A stretch of 63,044 nt of DNA, counting the filler, from Folioceros fuciformis (lineage: Eukaryota): NCBI GenBank assembly GCA_049999805.1. It is 11 parts of 11 records of this genome, joined end to end, with 100 filler letters (N's around TTAATTAATTAA, not from the genome) between each part and the next. Parts side by side here need not be neighbours in the genome. Positions count along the whole stretch, not along the records: positions 40,042 to 44,992 come from JBNGIO010001715.1; positions 45,093 to 47,267 come from JBNGIO010001716.1; positions 47,368 to 49,408 come from JBNGIO010001717.1; positions 49,509 to 52,091 come from JBNGIO010001718.1; positions 52,192 to 55,134 come from JBNGIO010001719.1; 6 more parts are not named here. One strand, 5' to 3'. The position numbers were made by a program, and so were the translations under genes. This document shows, one piece after another, positions 40,661 through 53,939 of the stretch. Each line of letters begins with the position of its first letter. Position 1 is the stretch's first letter. The notes under the pieces were generated by a model, which worked only from the letters and a program-made list of their open reading frames with translations, made no database searches and was not told where the DNA came from.

Positions 40661-40810
40661 CGGAGGTAGCCGAAGCGGCTACCAGTAATTGAAAGATGAC
40701 GGAGGTAGCCGAAGCGGCTACCGGTAGTTGAAAGATGATGGAGGTAGCCAAAGCGGCTACTGGTAGTTGAAAGACGACGGAGGTAGCCGAAGTGGCTACC
40801 GGTAGTTGAG
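40661..40810. repeat. 39-bp tandem repeat with an internal hairpin, 4 copies
   Basis: CGGAGGTAGCCGAAGCGGCTACCGGTAGTTGAAAGATGA-like units at 40661, 40700, 40739 and 40778. Confidence 0.9.
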
Positions 40811-41897
40811 CCCCTACCTCGGTAGTTGAAGGGTCGGTAGTTGTAGAGACCCCCACCCCAGTAGCCGAGTAGGTCTATCAGGTAGTCCAGGGACAGAGGT
40901 AGGGATAGTTGAACCTGTAGGTAGTGGAGCTGGGGTATTGAAGTCCAACCTAGGTAGTGACTGACTTTTAGAAGAAACCTATGTTATTTGACACAAATCA
41001 TTCCCTTGGGATCGAATCCCAGTGCTATAACGACAAAGAGGGTTTGTGTGGACCTCGCAGCACCCTCGGGTGCAATATTTTCTCCCACACATATGCATAG
41101 AGGCAAAGGAAGATACAAAGATTTGGGACATGGAGTGGAGTATAGAATACCTATCTTGAAGAGTGGTCAAATATAGGGTCGACTCTAGAGTTGAGAAGCA
41201 ACTGGGACCCTAAACGAGGAGAGGGAGGAACAAAGTTTGCAAGCCTCACCCTAGTAAGGAGAGCTTGATGCAAAAATAGCCCAAGGAAGGATTAAACCTT
41301 AAGAGTACCATGCTATACCAATGAGCTCGGCATGTCTACCTTGATTGCTAATTGGCTAAGGTATAAGACTAAATCTCATTGAACTTTAAGAGCAGGGTGT
41401 ATGGTTAGAGAGCTGAAATTATGCATCATCTTGATAAAAATGTTGTCTAGAGTCAAATTAGTGTGTAACATGGTTTGCTTCTAACGGTTGGATTCCACCA
41501 CATTGGGCTTTTGATGAAATTTTTGTGGCAAATATCCACGATTCTTTAAGTTTTCTATGAAACATGTGAAAATGAACTATAAATTGTACATGGCATACTT
41601 GGTATTCATCATGACAATGAAGCATGGCAAAAATTTTAAAAGCTATCCAGTTACATGGTTGGAATGCCATTCCTGGCCACAATTACATGCTTTGATAAAA
41701 TCCAAAATCGGCATTAGTAGTGTAGGTTAATGTTAGCTAGTATAGGATTTTCATAGTTTTATGGATGAGTGCGCCGGTCTACCAGCGCACTCGTACGTAG
41801 GGTGTGCTAGAAGTACGGCACACGCATAGATAGAGTGTGCCGGTTCTCCAATGCACTCACATAGGATGTGTGCCGACTAACCTACACACTACTACAG

Positions 41898-42058
41898 GAG
41901 GCATGCATTCGCGGCATTGGCACAACGAGGCATGCATTTGCGATACTAGCGCAACGAGGCATGCATTCGCTGCATTGGCACAACGAGGCATGCATTCGTG
42001 ACACTAGCGCAATGAGGCATGCATTCGCGGCATTGGCGCAACAAGGCAAGCATTCACG
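41898..42058. repeat. 29-bp tandem repeat, about 5.5 copies, alternating A/B variants
   Basis: GAGGCATGCATT.. units at 41898, 41927, 41956, 41985, 42014 and 42043. Confidence 0.9.
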
Positions 42059-43459
42059 GATTATCAACTACTGAAATGTGCAAAATTTCTTTGGACATGC
42101 ACATCTGACATGGGTATTGTTTAAGGTATACTTTAAAGTACTTTCCGAGTAAGGTCTAAGGATCTACTAGTTGGTCATCGATTCCATCTGGAGGGTTTTC
42201 CGGATCTCGTTTCAGCACGTACAAGTTCTTTCTAATAAGGTTTCGAGTGCGAGCATGGAGTTGTTTCTGACGGGTCAATTCAAATCCATATGCTAGAATA
42301 AAAGTGTCCAAGATAGATAGTGTGTCAATATGCTTCCGTAATCTTCTGCTTGGTGTCATTTTTGTCCTCCTCTAGAACCCTTGGGAGGATCTTCATTTGG
42401 CAATATCATAACCTCTTGGTATCCTATCTACCACAGCTTGGACAGAGGGAAGATCGGGCTGAGGGCGTCGGCCGGCCGATGAGATGCCACAGCAATGGGC
42501 ACAACATCCACTGCTTGCGGCTAACTTCCACCGGGCTGTGCCCCTCGCTGGCTTCCGCCCATATCCACATCTCGTTGGCAACCTTCAAGTGCAGGCTTCT
42601 TCTTCCCCACACATTGTTTCTTCACAAGAGCGTGCTCCCCTTCCTAGTCCCTGGCATCCCCACCTGCCCTCACCATCGCCCTACTTCTAGGCACCATATC
42701 CTCGAATGCCAAGGGGAACATATTTAGGCTGCACTTCCAATTCCCTTCCGATTGTTGCCACGCTCCAACACGGCTGCAAGCTGTGCGTAGTTGCGCCCGA
42801 ATACGAATACAGGTATTTCGTATATGACAACTACTTAAAGCCCTCTACCTTCACATTTCCAGCCTTTTAGCCTCTCGTCTTAGATACGCTTTGTTTGTAG
42901 CAACCCTAAAACAAAATAACAGTGTCTTCAAGCTATATATATATTGATATATATTTTACTGTACACCTCGTTATTGAAAAGGACACCAAATCATGAATAG
43001 TTGACTGATGGGTTCGAAACCCAACAAATGACGGCGTTCTGCTATACCGCAAATCTCCATAGTAGATACGGGTGCCGGCGTTATTCATGATGCTAGCACT
43101 GCTTAATGCGTACCCAAGGAAACAATGTCGTTTTGCCGTTGCTTTGTGCCCACCAATGATCTACGATCTGTTGCCACAAGACTTCCAGTCAAATGCTTGG
43201 AGATCCTTCACCTACCTCATATTACTAGAGATCAAGCACCGATACAACAACGTACCACACAATGTTGAGGCCGCTCCATAGCGCAGAGGGCAACAATATT
43301 AGCATTGCTTTCCGCTATACCTGCATTGTTGTAGACATTCTTCCACCCTTTTGTTCTCTTCAACTTTGTGATCACTTTGGTGGCTGCGTACAAGAGGATG
43401 CATCTACTTTCGTTCTACACGACCCAATTGGCAGATTGAACCAGACTTGCTCACCACCT

Positions 43460-44990
43460 AAACCCTAAACTCACCAAGGAAGCAGGTGAATCAGCGCAGT
43501 GAGAGGTCGTCCAAGAGCGGGCTGAGAGGGAGCCAGAGGCACCTCAGGAGAGGGTGCCAGAAGTAGAAACGACCCCAGCTGAGGTGGTGGCCAAATTAGG
43601 GCACACTCAGGAAAAGGAACCCTTCCCGGGATGGAAAGAGATTTTTAGAAGGGTTCCTCTGGTGACCAGGCTGTAGACGGAGGATCTGGACAAAGTTCGG
43701 GTGCTACTGGGGAGACAGACTCTGGACAGGAGCATGGCTCCTAGGGGTGAGTTGCAACAGGTGGACCTGCCAGGCCTGACCGCGGCAATGGTATAAGCCC
43801 AGGCGGATATGTTAGACCAGGCTGCCAGGGCACTGACCTAGTTGAGCATGCAGGGGGAGAAGGAGGCCGAGGCACGGGAGAAGTTGGCTGAGGCTGAAGC
43901 GAGTCGGCAGCACCTGGAAGAGGTCTGACAGTCCTTGAGCGTGGCCAAGGAACAGGCAAAAGAGGAAGCCCGCCAAGCGAGAGAAGAGGTGTAGACGCTG
44001 AAGGAGCAGCAGGAGTCACTCCCAGCTCAGGTGAGAGGGGCCCATGGAACTAACCAAGAAATGCAACATAAATTATTAAGAGCCCAGGAACGGAAAGCGG
44101 CTGTAGTGGAGCAAGTGCAGAAGTTGGCGGACAGGTACAAGCGGGAGTGGGACAAAGCCCGAGGCAAAGTGAAGGGGAAGGGTAGAGCCAGGCGAGGTAG
44201 TTAAGCTACAACAGAGGTAGCTGAAGAAGCTACCGGTCAGGGAGAGGCAACGCCAGTAGGGGAGAGCCCGACCCCGATAGTGGAAGAGGCGACCGTCGAG
44301 AACCTACAGCCCGCAAGTGTGGAAGGGCAACTAGCACCAGGAGGACGAAGCAGGGAGGAGCAGCAGCTGGGGGAATGGAAGATCCTCCAGTGCCCCTAGA
44401 GAGCAAAGGGCAAATAGTTCGGAGTAGCCCACGGGAGGAAGGGGTAAGCACTTCCTTTGCAACAGAGGATCAGATTGTGCTGCACTATGAGGAGGAGGCC
44501 ACTTATGTGCCTGGCTTCTATGTGGATGGAGCCCGTGTGCTGAAGTTAATTGTATATGTGCATGTGGGCTTAGAAGGGACGAGGGGCTACGGCCTACAGC
44601 TAAGGACCCGTAGGGGGTCCTTCTACTACTGTTGCCGAGTGTAGGGGCTGCCTCCCTACTACTCAGAGGCAGTCCTGGTGGAGCTGACGGAGGAGGAGGC
44701 ACAGGCGTGGGTTGAACAGGAGCCAATGTTAGTCCTCAGCAATAGGCGACGGGAGAAGAGAAGGAGTCCCCTATGACGGGACCCACCTATGCCGCCATCG
44801 AAAGCGTCCAACAGCAACAGCATTGAGGTGGAAATCCTCTAGGAGGATTTGCCCGACCAACGGCAAAGGAGGAGAGCCAGAGGATGGGGAGTGAGAGGAG
44901 GAGCGCAATGGCCAAGCAAGAGGCGAACGCGGCGATGAGAGAGGCTAGAGTAAATGCATCCTAGAATAGACTTCTGTAGAATCTTTAGGA
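43460..44990 (+). mobile_element. Heavily decayed purine-rich/coiled-coil-like ORF remnant, probably retroelement-derived
   Basis: GAG/AAG/CAG-rich pseudo-coding sequence with many stops in a gene-free, repeat-rich segment; no diagnostic domain. A similar remnant lies at about 46090-46850. Confidence 0.35.
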
Positions 44991-47367
44991 GANNNNNNNN
45001 NNNNNNNNNNNNNNNNNNNNNNNNNNNNNNNNNNNNTTAATTAATTAANNNNNNNNNNNNNNNNNNNNNNNNNNNNNNNNNNNNNNNNNNNNTAAAATCA
45101 AGATGGAAAATTCTCCCAACTTGGCAATGTAATAGACCGCAATGTTAGAGCATATATAGTGTCCCTAACTATATTTAAACATAAGTGCTAGATAAACATA
45201 GACAAAACGGCACGACTGTTTGAGGGTAAATTGGTTAGGCAGATAAACTGCTATTTAAGCAGTAACGCTGTTGTAAAACTTGATTTTATTATTCAATTGT
45301 AAAATACATAGAGAACTATTCCAAGAATTGTTATGCTCCCTAATCACTTTGTTCTCATCCAAATCGCCTATTTCTTGCAGACATGCAGACAATTACACAC
45401 ATGCATAACCAATCGAATGAACCGTGTTGGCAATACAAGAACAAAGCCCTCCTACCTACATCAAAGCTATGATCATATATGATATAGCAATCACGTAAGA
45501 TATTTCTAGGAGGGAGATATATCCAAGATGATTGCACCTCCAACCATTCAGCGAAGGCTATGAAGGACAAGGCAAATCCAATTGAGCACACAGCAAGAGT
45601 GGACAACACCACCCACCATCAAACTACAGGCTCTTGCAGGTGGAAACATGCTCACGCAACCAGGTTGGTACCTGGCCTTGCCTTGCCTTTTGTGGTTCAC
45701 CTCCAACATCTTGAAGGATTTGCGATACCCCCTCATCCTTCGTTACGGTAAAAACCGGGTAAGCTGCAACCCAACCGAGTGCATTAGCTTCCACGACTTG
45801 AGAGCATGCGCAGGAGGTGAGGTTGCGATAGGAGCAACATAGCCCTGCAACCCTGCAACCCCGCACACTGGAGACTTTCTCCAGCCACGAAATCCTCCAC
45901 ACGACTCCATTGAATGTATGTGACTTGCAAATGCTTCTGGATTTGCCAATTTAACGTGTCTATACTAAAATGTCCGAGCGGTGGGATCTGGATGTTGAGC
46001 GGGCAATCCATCGGAATGTAAGCACGGTGCAAAGCGTGCTTGCTTTAGGGTTTAAGCAAAATGTTGTTGAAGCTTAAGGGTTTAGCAGTTGGGAACCTGA
46101 GCCACCAAAGGATTCCGAGGGGGAAGTCGCGACGACCAGAAAGAGGAAAAGCCAAGCAATAGGACAGAATGTGGCGAAGAGAGGGAAGATGATAGCAGGT
46201 GAGCATGAGGTGGCAACCCCATCTCGGATCACCAAATCCAAGGTTGCCATAGAGTCGCGAGAAGAACGGGCAAAAGGGAAATAGTAGATTGCCCCCTCCA
46301 CGGTGCTGGAAAATGAAATGCCAAGGGTTAATGAGTCAATAGCTGGGCCAGGAGGGTTAGCCCTGGCGGCGGAGGCTTCCGAGGAGTGGATGGATATTTT
46401 CACGGTCACTCCTTTGAACTATCCAGTAAGAGAGGGAGCAGGGGACGTGGCTCGAGTAAAGGAGTGGTTGTGGAAAAGGATGGGTACGGGAACAACCCAT
46501 ATCAGTGATTTACAGGGGTTGACCTCAGCCATGGCCCAAACCCGGACGGACCTTCTTAACTAGGCCGCAATGGCGCTCACATGCTCAACAGGCAAGGGCA
46601 ACACGAGAAGCTGCTAAAGGAAAGGTTGGAAGAAGTTGAAGGTAGAAACAAGGCAGCAAAGGGCTGTAAGCGGCAGAGCAAGGAATTGTTGGGTAAAGTA
46701 GAGGAGGAGTTGAAGGTGATCGCAGATCAACAGGAAGCCTTGGTGAATCAAGTGAGGTAGCCCATGCTACAATCTAGGAGCTTCAAAATGAAATTTCCCA
46801 AGCTCTGGAGCGAGCAGCAACATTGGAGAAATTCAAAAGGTTGTCGTGCTCCCGGCATCAGCTATTGTGAGCACTTCAGTTCAGTCCATCAGCTGCAAGG
46901 CTAATGTCTTGTGCACTGAGAAAAAGGGAACAAAAAGATTGTCCATTCCCTCCCAAAGATTTAAGGCTGCTCACATGCGCCATAGCTCACTTCATGTCGT
47001 AAAGCTGCAAAAAGGGGGCTGCCCTCGTCGGGCTGCCCAGAGTTGGTAAGTCACTAGTGGGATGCCACCATCTCCCTTACACCCACAATCTGCACCAAAT
47101 AGCTCTTTCTTTCATAGACAGCTAGTGAACAACCAAAAAAAGGGTTTAGGTCTTCCGGTGGTTCCTCTAATGAGCAACTTTCACAACTGCCTTTCTCCTC
47201 GCCGTGTTCGGTCTCTTAGTTTGGTGCCCTTCCAAGCCGTTTCCCGTGGGCTGTATGAGCCCACGCGNNNNNNNNNNNNNNNNNNNNNNNNNNNNNNNNN
47301 NNNNNNNNNNNTTAATTAATTAANNNNNNNNNNNNNNNNNNNNNNNNNNNNNNNNNNNNNNNNNNNN

Positions 47368-48240
47368 ATAGAGTCACTATACAAGGGAGCTCAAGGGGGT
47401 ATTTATACCCCCTAAAAGAGCTCCCTAGGAAGCTTCACAAGAAGCGCATAGGAAGCTGCTCAAGAAGCTTCCTACAAATTAGCTTAAGCTAATCTAAACT
47501 AATGGTACTTAATTAGACACTAATCTTAGACTAAACACATTAGTCTAAGCACATTGGGCTTTAATAACCCTACAACCTCCCCCTTAAAGGCCAATTTACC
47601 TTCATAGGAGAGTGGTCTACATCATGCCCATGAGTGTTCGAGCTTGTGCGAATTGCTCCGTAGAGAGCCCCTTGGTAAGAACATTTGCAGGGTTGTGACT
47701 GGTGTGAACTTTAACAAGCTGTACCCTCTTGTCTTCCAACACCTCTCGGATGAAGTGATACTTCACTTTCACATGTTTGGTCTTCGCATGAAACACTGGA
47801 TTCTTCGCCAATTGGATAGCACTCTGGCTATCACAATGCAACATTGGCAGCTCAACCTTCATCCCCAAATCTCCCACTAAATGAGCAAGCCACATGGCTT
47901 CCTTGCATGCCTTAGCCGCTGCAACATACTCGGCCTATGTGGTAGATAGCGTTATGCACGATTGCAAACATGATCGCCATGAGACTGCCCCTCCAGTGCA
48001 CATGAAGACATAGCCGGATGTGGACCTCCTTTTGTCCATATCCCCTGCATACTCAACATCCGTATATCCCACGACAGATGCATCTTCACTACCAAAACAT
48101 ATGCACAAAGCTTTTGTACCATTCAAGTACCTCATAACTCCTTTCACTGCCTCCCAATGCTTCCTGCCAAGGTTTGACATAAACCTGCTAACCACTCCTA
48201 CTGCAAACGCAATGTCAGGACGCGTAGCAATCATTGCATA
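47368..48240 (-). mobile_element. 3' end of a second Ty1/copia element (RT end, RNase H, PPT, partial 3' LTR)
   Basis: YAMIATRPDIAFAVG, GYTDVEYAGDMDKRRSTSGY, LSTT*AEY, CDSQSAIQLAKNPVFHAKTKH. PPT AAGGGGGAG near 47577-47585 (minus); LTR begins TGTAGGG at about 47574 and is cut by the gap. Confidence 0.93.
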
Positions 48241-49066
48241 TGTGGAGGGAAAACCCCAGGCACTGATTGCCGACGGGTTCCACCTTTAGTGGCCACACTT
48301 ATCCCACTGTCGTTGAGACATTGGGTTCCGTTCCTACGAAGGAGCGATGGGGTTCCTTGCTGCTGTGGATGGAGGGTCGGACTCAATCGACTCGATGATG
48401 GATTTGAGGGCTCCCCTCCAGCTTTGATCAGGTGTAGGACAGGCCTCGCTGTCCAGAGGTCAGCTGCACCTCTCTTGGTGCCCACAAACTCACTCTAGTC
48501 ACTACAACGACCCTAACCTCTTAGATCTGCAACTTCCCTCACTCAGTCACTCACTCTCTCGCTCCAACACCAACACCAGCAACCAATAACGACACCACTA
48601 CCTTCTACACTTCCCTACTAACTCCTCCTACCCGGCAAGAGTCACTAGACTAACCCCAAAGAAAAGAAAGAAGGAAACACACTCCCCTTTCGGATATCTC
48701 CTCCCCACAACCTTACTAGATGCCATGAAACATAACCGGCCTACAGCACTTGTCCAACCAGACACTGTACAACCGACAACATGCAGCTTGCGATCCTACC
48801 AGACGTTGCACAGCCGGCAACACACTGCAGGTCCTAACCCAAGCAGGGACAGACCACAAGAGCTTATGTAGAGAGTACCTCCAAGAGCTCACGAAGTGAC
48901 AGACTGACTCCCAAAGTGAATGACTACCTCCTCCTACAGGCTCACCAGATCTTATAGGAGCCTCTCTCTCTCTGACTTCACCTCTCTCTAACTTAACAAA
49001 TATTATTTTAATAGGACCACTAGCCTAGCCGGTTGTCACCAACCACGTATTTAGACTTCTAGCACA
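48241..49066 (-). mobile_element. Putative LTR of an element inserted into the copia RT
   Basis: RT similarity stops abruptly at 48240. The new sequence starts TGTGG and has a candidate other end GCACA at 49066, preceded on the minus strand by purine-rich GGTGGCAGGA. TATA-like CTATAAG near 48955 (minus). Confidence 0.5.
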
Positions 49067-50842
49067 TCCTGCCACCAATGAGCTGGCCCTACCACTACAA
49101 GGATCTACCACCTCTTAGACTATCCTGAGACTTCGGAGGATGTATGATCTTCAAAGATTTGCGATCGCCGCCTCTTCCTTGTTGGATGGCCGCTCGCTAA
49201 GTCTTCCCCTGCAACTGTTCACCCTTGGTGGTTGAGCCAGCCTCTAGGGGAGGAGTATGAGTAGTGGGAAAGATAGAGAGAGGTAAGAAGCAATGGGATC
49301 AGCAACCGGAACCTGGCCTGAAAACGGTAGCATATTCAGCGGAATCAGCTTCCAACCGAAATGGTTCCTTGGCCATGGAAGACTAACCCTGGGGTGCTGG
49401 AATAGGCCNNNNNNNNNNNNNNNNNNNNNNNNNNNNNNNNNNNNNNNNNNNNTTAATTAATTAANNNNNNNNNNNNNNNNNNNNNNNNNNNNNNNNNNNN
49501 NNNNNNNNCCACTTCGATGTGCTATCCAAGGGCCTTTGCGGTGGTGACCAACACATTCTTGTGTAGTTAAATGTTTAAACCATCTTGGTTTATATTCAAT
49601 TCTCTCGGTAACTATGAGTAAGTTAGGTCAAATGGTTTGACTTATATGTCTTATTTTAACTTTGTTTTAACAAAAAAATTTACTTTCATAGAGATTAATT
49701 TTGTCCTTGAGACATGCATTCATGTTGATTAATGCATGTCTCCTGTGTGTCATGTTGCAGGTGTTTCGTAGAAAGGCTATAACATGTTTTCGTCTTTATT
49801 TCATACTTCGCAATGAGACATAAGCTTCTAGTAGGATGAGTAAGTCCTACACCACCAAGAAGATGGAGCTAACAAGTACATGAGGTTACTCAAAAATTTG
49901 AGTGACTCATTCAACCTTTGTAAAGCTGGGTACTTGAATGGCATATGGGGACATGGTGGCCTTGGGACTAGCCCTGTTGGGTTTGTGATTTTATTTTCCT
50001 TGTCTTTTTCGATAAAGTTTCCCTTTGCCCCACTCGGTGCATTATTTATTGTTTTGATGTAACGTGATTAGAAGAGCACAATCCCAAAATTCAAAAGACG
50101 CATCCGTTCCGGACATCGAAAGTTGACGGCTGCGGGCCCGATGACTCACGCGGACATAGGGGCTGGTGAAGTTGTGCAACTCTGTGTCGCACACGATGTG
50201 GGGAACGTGCCATGTGCGTTCTCGATGCTGGCACAGTCGTGCTCACTCGCCCTCCGCCGCAAATCTCGCCTACCACACTTGTCTTGCAACTGCGTGCGGA
50301 GTCAGTCCGCTCATGCTACACGGCAGTGGCTAGCTCCGCGTACTACAAGAGCTCGTTCGGTCAACACTGCTTTCCCAATTCTGAGCTGCGCAGGTTGGTC
50401 TCCATGCACTGCACTGCAGATTGAGGCTCACAGGAGCTGTCGGTGTGTTTTCTTGGAGTGTTCTGTCGCTCTGTGTTCTTGTTGCGGGACTGGCTATATC
50501 TTGTTTGTAGATGCAGAGCAGTGTATGAGGAGACTCTCTGAGTCGGATCGTCTGCTTCTGATCGTTTCCTCTTCGATTTGTTGAATGCTGCAGATGTCAG
50601 GCTGGTTTACGGTGTGGAAGTGATGTTTTGTCGACTGTTGTGCACAGTTTTCAAGCTTGGTTGGAAGGAATTGAGCTGCAGACTTGATCTGTACGACTCT
50701 TGAGGTTTGTACGTTCTGTTTGTGTTTGGCTGGGTAGGCGAGGGTTTGGCCATGGTTGTTTACTCGTGGTTTGTTGAGTTGACTGTGATTACGGTGTCTT
50801 GCAGGGACTTAGCAAGATGAATGTGACAACCATTACTCAGGA

Positions 50843-51746
50843 ATGTCTTCAAAGGAGCCTGATAATAACGAGCGTTCCAATGTGGCACAGAAACCGGTCG
50901 AGGCGCCCTCGAAGTCAGGGCAAGACCGTTGCTTTTGCAGTAAATCATTCCTCGCAGGTGACAAAGAATCAAGCCGAACCGCAGCGTTGTCCGTGCCAGC
51001 CGTCTGTCGGAAGCAAATCTTGAATTACTTCCTTAGGAGAGGAGGTGACGCCGTGGACGAGGTGGAATTGCTGTCGCGGGGTAGGAAAGAAATGTACTTG
51101 GAGCTTCTGCGAGGAACAGTGTGGTGGATTGAGGATGGTGAGCAGGTGAGTGGATGGATGTCGATTTCGTTTGTCAGTATGCCGTTAACTATTGGAGGTT
51201 GGGAATCATCTCATCGGACTGCTTGGACAGAGTGCAATCCTCGAAGCCACCCAGATGCGATCACGATTGGCCACAGTATTATGCATGCGATGGCTCATCT
51301 TCTGTCTATCTATCGCAGGTATGTTACCAGCTAATAATTTGTCTCTAACTCTGCTACGGTGTGATACTTCTTACAAGGCTGAGACGGATTGTTATTTGCA
51401 GATCTTGGGTCGGCTGTGCGTCTTTCCCAGGGTGCCTGCTCTTGTTCTACCTCCCATAGAATGGATGCCTCTGTGTCCAGCCAGAATGTGGCGTTTGTGC
51501 GATATGGTGCACGTCTCTATGTACCAAAATACTCTCTCTGGCAAAAGACCCATGTGTCCAAACTTGGCTCTCAACGCCTTGGCCACGCAGCGCAAGCTGG
51601 TATCTATATTTCAAAGCGTGCTTGCACTAGAGACTCATTGTTGTTCATTTCAACTCCGAATATGCGACATGCCTTCCAACATGTCACATAGCAAGTGCCT
51701 CGAGGTCAATTGTAGACAAGAATTGAAGCATCTTTACACAAGCTGA
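50843..51746 (+). CDS. Possible spliced gene of unknown function
   Basis: Overlapping ORFs with strong donors (CAG|GTGAGT at 51147, CAG|GTATGT at 51319) and an acceptor (TTTGCAG at 51400); no recognisable domain. Confidence 0.3.
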
Positions 51747-51949
51747 TCCCTGCAAATCTCACAACGTAGCCATCAACAACAATAGCACAGCTAGGGCCAC
51801 TTTCCATGGCCTAGTTTTGTGCCTGTTTGGTCTAGATTTGTTTCCTTAGATAGTAACTTACAGGGTCGTCAGCAAAACTTTCAGCGATGTGCGGACGATG
51901 CGGAATGCACCCCCTCTTGCGTGTTGTTCGGCTGAATGCAGTCCACCGG

Positions 51950-52091
51950 GCATAGGGCATAGGGCATTGGGTAACGTTGGGAGTAGGGCATTGGGCATTG
52001 GGTTTGGGGTAACGTTGGGAGTAGGGCATTGGGCATTGGGTTTGGGGTAACGTTGGGAGTAGGGCATTGGGCATTGGGTTTGGGGTAACGT
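51950..52091 (+). repeat. G-rich 38-bp tandem repeat running into the gap
   Basis: GTAACGTTGGGAGTAGGGCATTGGGCATTGGGTTTGGG units at 51971, 52009, 52047 and (partial) 52085. Confidence 0.9.
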
Positions 52092-53939
52092 NNNNNNNNN
52101 NNNNNNNNNNNNNNNNNNNNNNNNNNNNNNNNNNNTTAATTAATTAANNNNNNNNNNNNNNNNNNNNNNNNNNNNNNNNNNNNNNNNNNNNCGCATTCCG
52201 AGCTCCCCGGGCTCCGCCAGCCCCACCTCCGCGTAACCCCTGGTCAGGCCAGGCTGACCTCGGGTCAGGGTGCCGGTCCCGGAGGCCGGTGCCCTGCCTG
52301 ACAAGGAAAGGGTGGGTTGCAGGTAGTAGGTAGTCGACACAACGTGGGGTGGTGAATTATTGCTACCGTTGTTTGGGCGACGCCGGGATCCAGGAATCTT
52401 CGCGAGTCCGTTGCCACGCCACGCGGCGAGGTTTTGTCCACAAGCGCGTGGCGTGGCGCGAGCCGGTGAAACGGCGCTTCCAGACTCCGTCCAATCCAAT
52501 CCGTTGCACACCTCCTTAACCAATGGGTGGCCATTTCCATTCCCCGTCTCCTTTTGTCGCCATTCGGACCAGCTTTACGCGGTGCTGCTGCTTTCCAGAC
52601 TCCGCACTTCCCAAGCTTCATCATCCAGGCTGATGAGTCCATGACGCATCCTTGCCACCACACGCCACCACCGTTGCATAAGTGCATCGTCTCGTACACT
52701 ACCATGTACTGTTTTCTTAATTTTCGTGTTAAACAATAAAAAAAAATAGAATAGTTGGTGTCTATTTGTGAATCGCCAAACTCTACCTACCCATCAACAT
52801 CTTGTAGTCACAAAGTTGACAATATGATTATGAGGTCCACTTTCACATTATATTATACATTAAAACCCATATTCCTAAGCATATTTTATCCTCCGTTCTT
52901 CGTCCTATGGCCCAATTGTGGACGGTGAGGTGAACTGGTCGCGAAAAAGAGGAGGACTCCATAAATGCATATTCCTTGGATATGAAAGCATATTCCTTGC
53001 ATTTCAATTGCCCCGTTCTCCCCAGGGCTCATGCTAAACCTCCCGACAAAGTTACGAGGCACGGCTTTCCAAGCACGGAGGCCCCACCACATGCCATCCA
53101 CCGTGCCCATGCTCCATGCATACCATGAGGCCACCCGTCCTGCCCAGGCGTGCCCTTCACCGTCGCGCACGCCGGTGTGAGACCACCGGTGACCGGCCTT
53201 GTGTATGGCAAGGCGTCCTGTATTCTGTATCTTGTTGTTTGTATATTTGTTGAATACCGTATTTCAAACTATGGCGGCAATGTTTCGAATACTTTCGTCG
53301 CCCGCATTTCCTTATGCCTAAGGGGCGCTTTCTATGTGTACTCAAATCCATTTGGATAAATAAGTTTTAGGCACTTTTCATGTTCCATAACACCATGTAC
53401 AATGACCAAAAAGTGCCGGATTATGAGGGCACTCACCGGGACGAAACGCTGCTCCCAGTGGTGCACCTCAGAACTAGTTCTTTGCCACTGCGAGCGTCTC
53501 AGAAATAGTTCTTTGTTGTTAGCGCAATCATGGCTGATCGTCAAGACCACCTGATTCTCGCAACTATGATGGCCGTTGTGGTCACAATCCCAAGCGCCCA
53601 GAGTTGTGTTCTTTCGCTAGCTTGCTAGTTAACTACCTACATTTAAAGCTAAGGCCTAGTTAGACTAACCAACGTGGTCTGCTTTTTGCAATTGACCACG
53701 GTGCAAACTAAGCCCTCTCAGCAAACAATTGTGCACACTCACCCTCGCAACAGACAATTATATTGTCCTCCCGTACTACAATCTGCCATTGTCTTCCAAA
53801 TGTTTGAGGTATTTTGTTGCTACCATGAACGATCTCTTTCTCTCTTCTTATTTCTATCCTAATGAATTCATTGTTGCTCAGCTCATAGGTCATGACTTGG
53901 TGATTTTAGGTGTAACCATGTGCTAACTTTTCATTTTCA

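Noticed and set aside
39794-42058. 29-39 bp repeats, one with a hairpin, resembling CRISPR repeats
   Set aside because: Units are head-to-tail with no unique spacers, there are no cas genes, and the context is eukaryotic.
42156-42760. Minus-strand protein-like fragments including CPSC
   Set aside because: Interrupted by stops and no assignable domain; probably TE debris.
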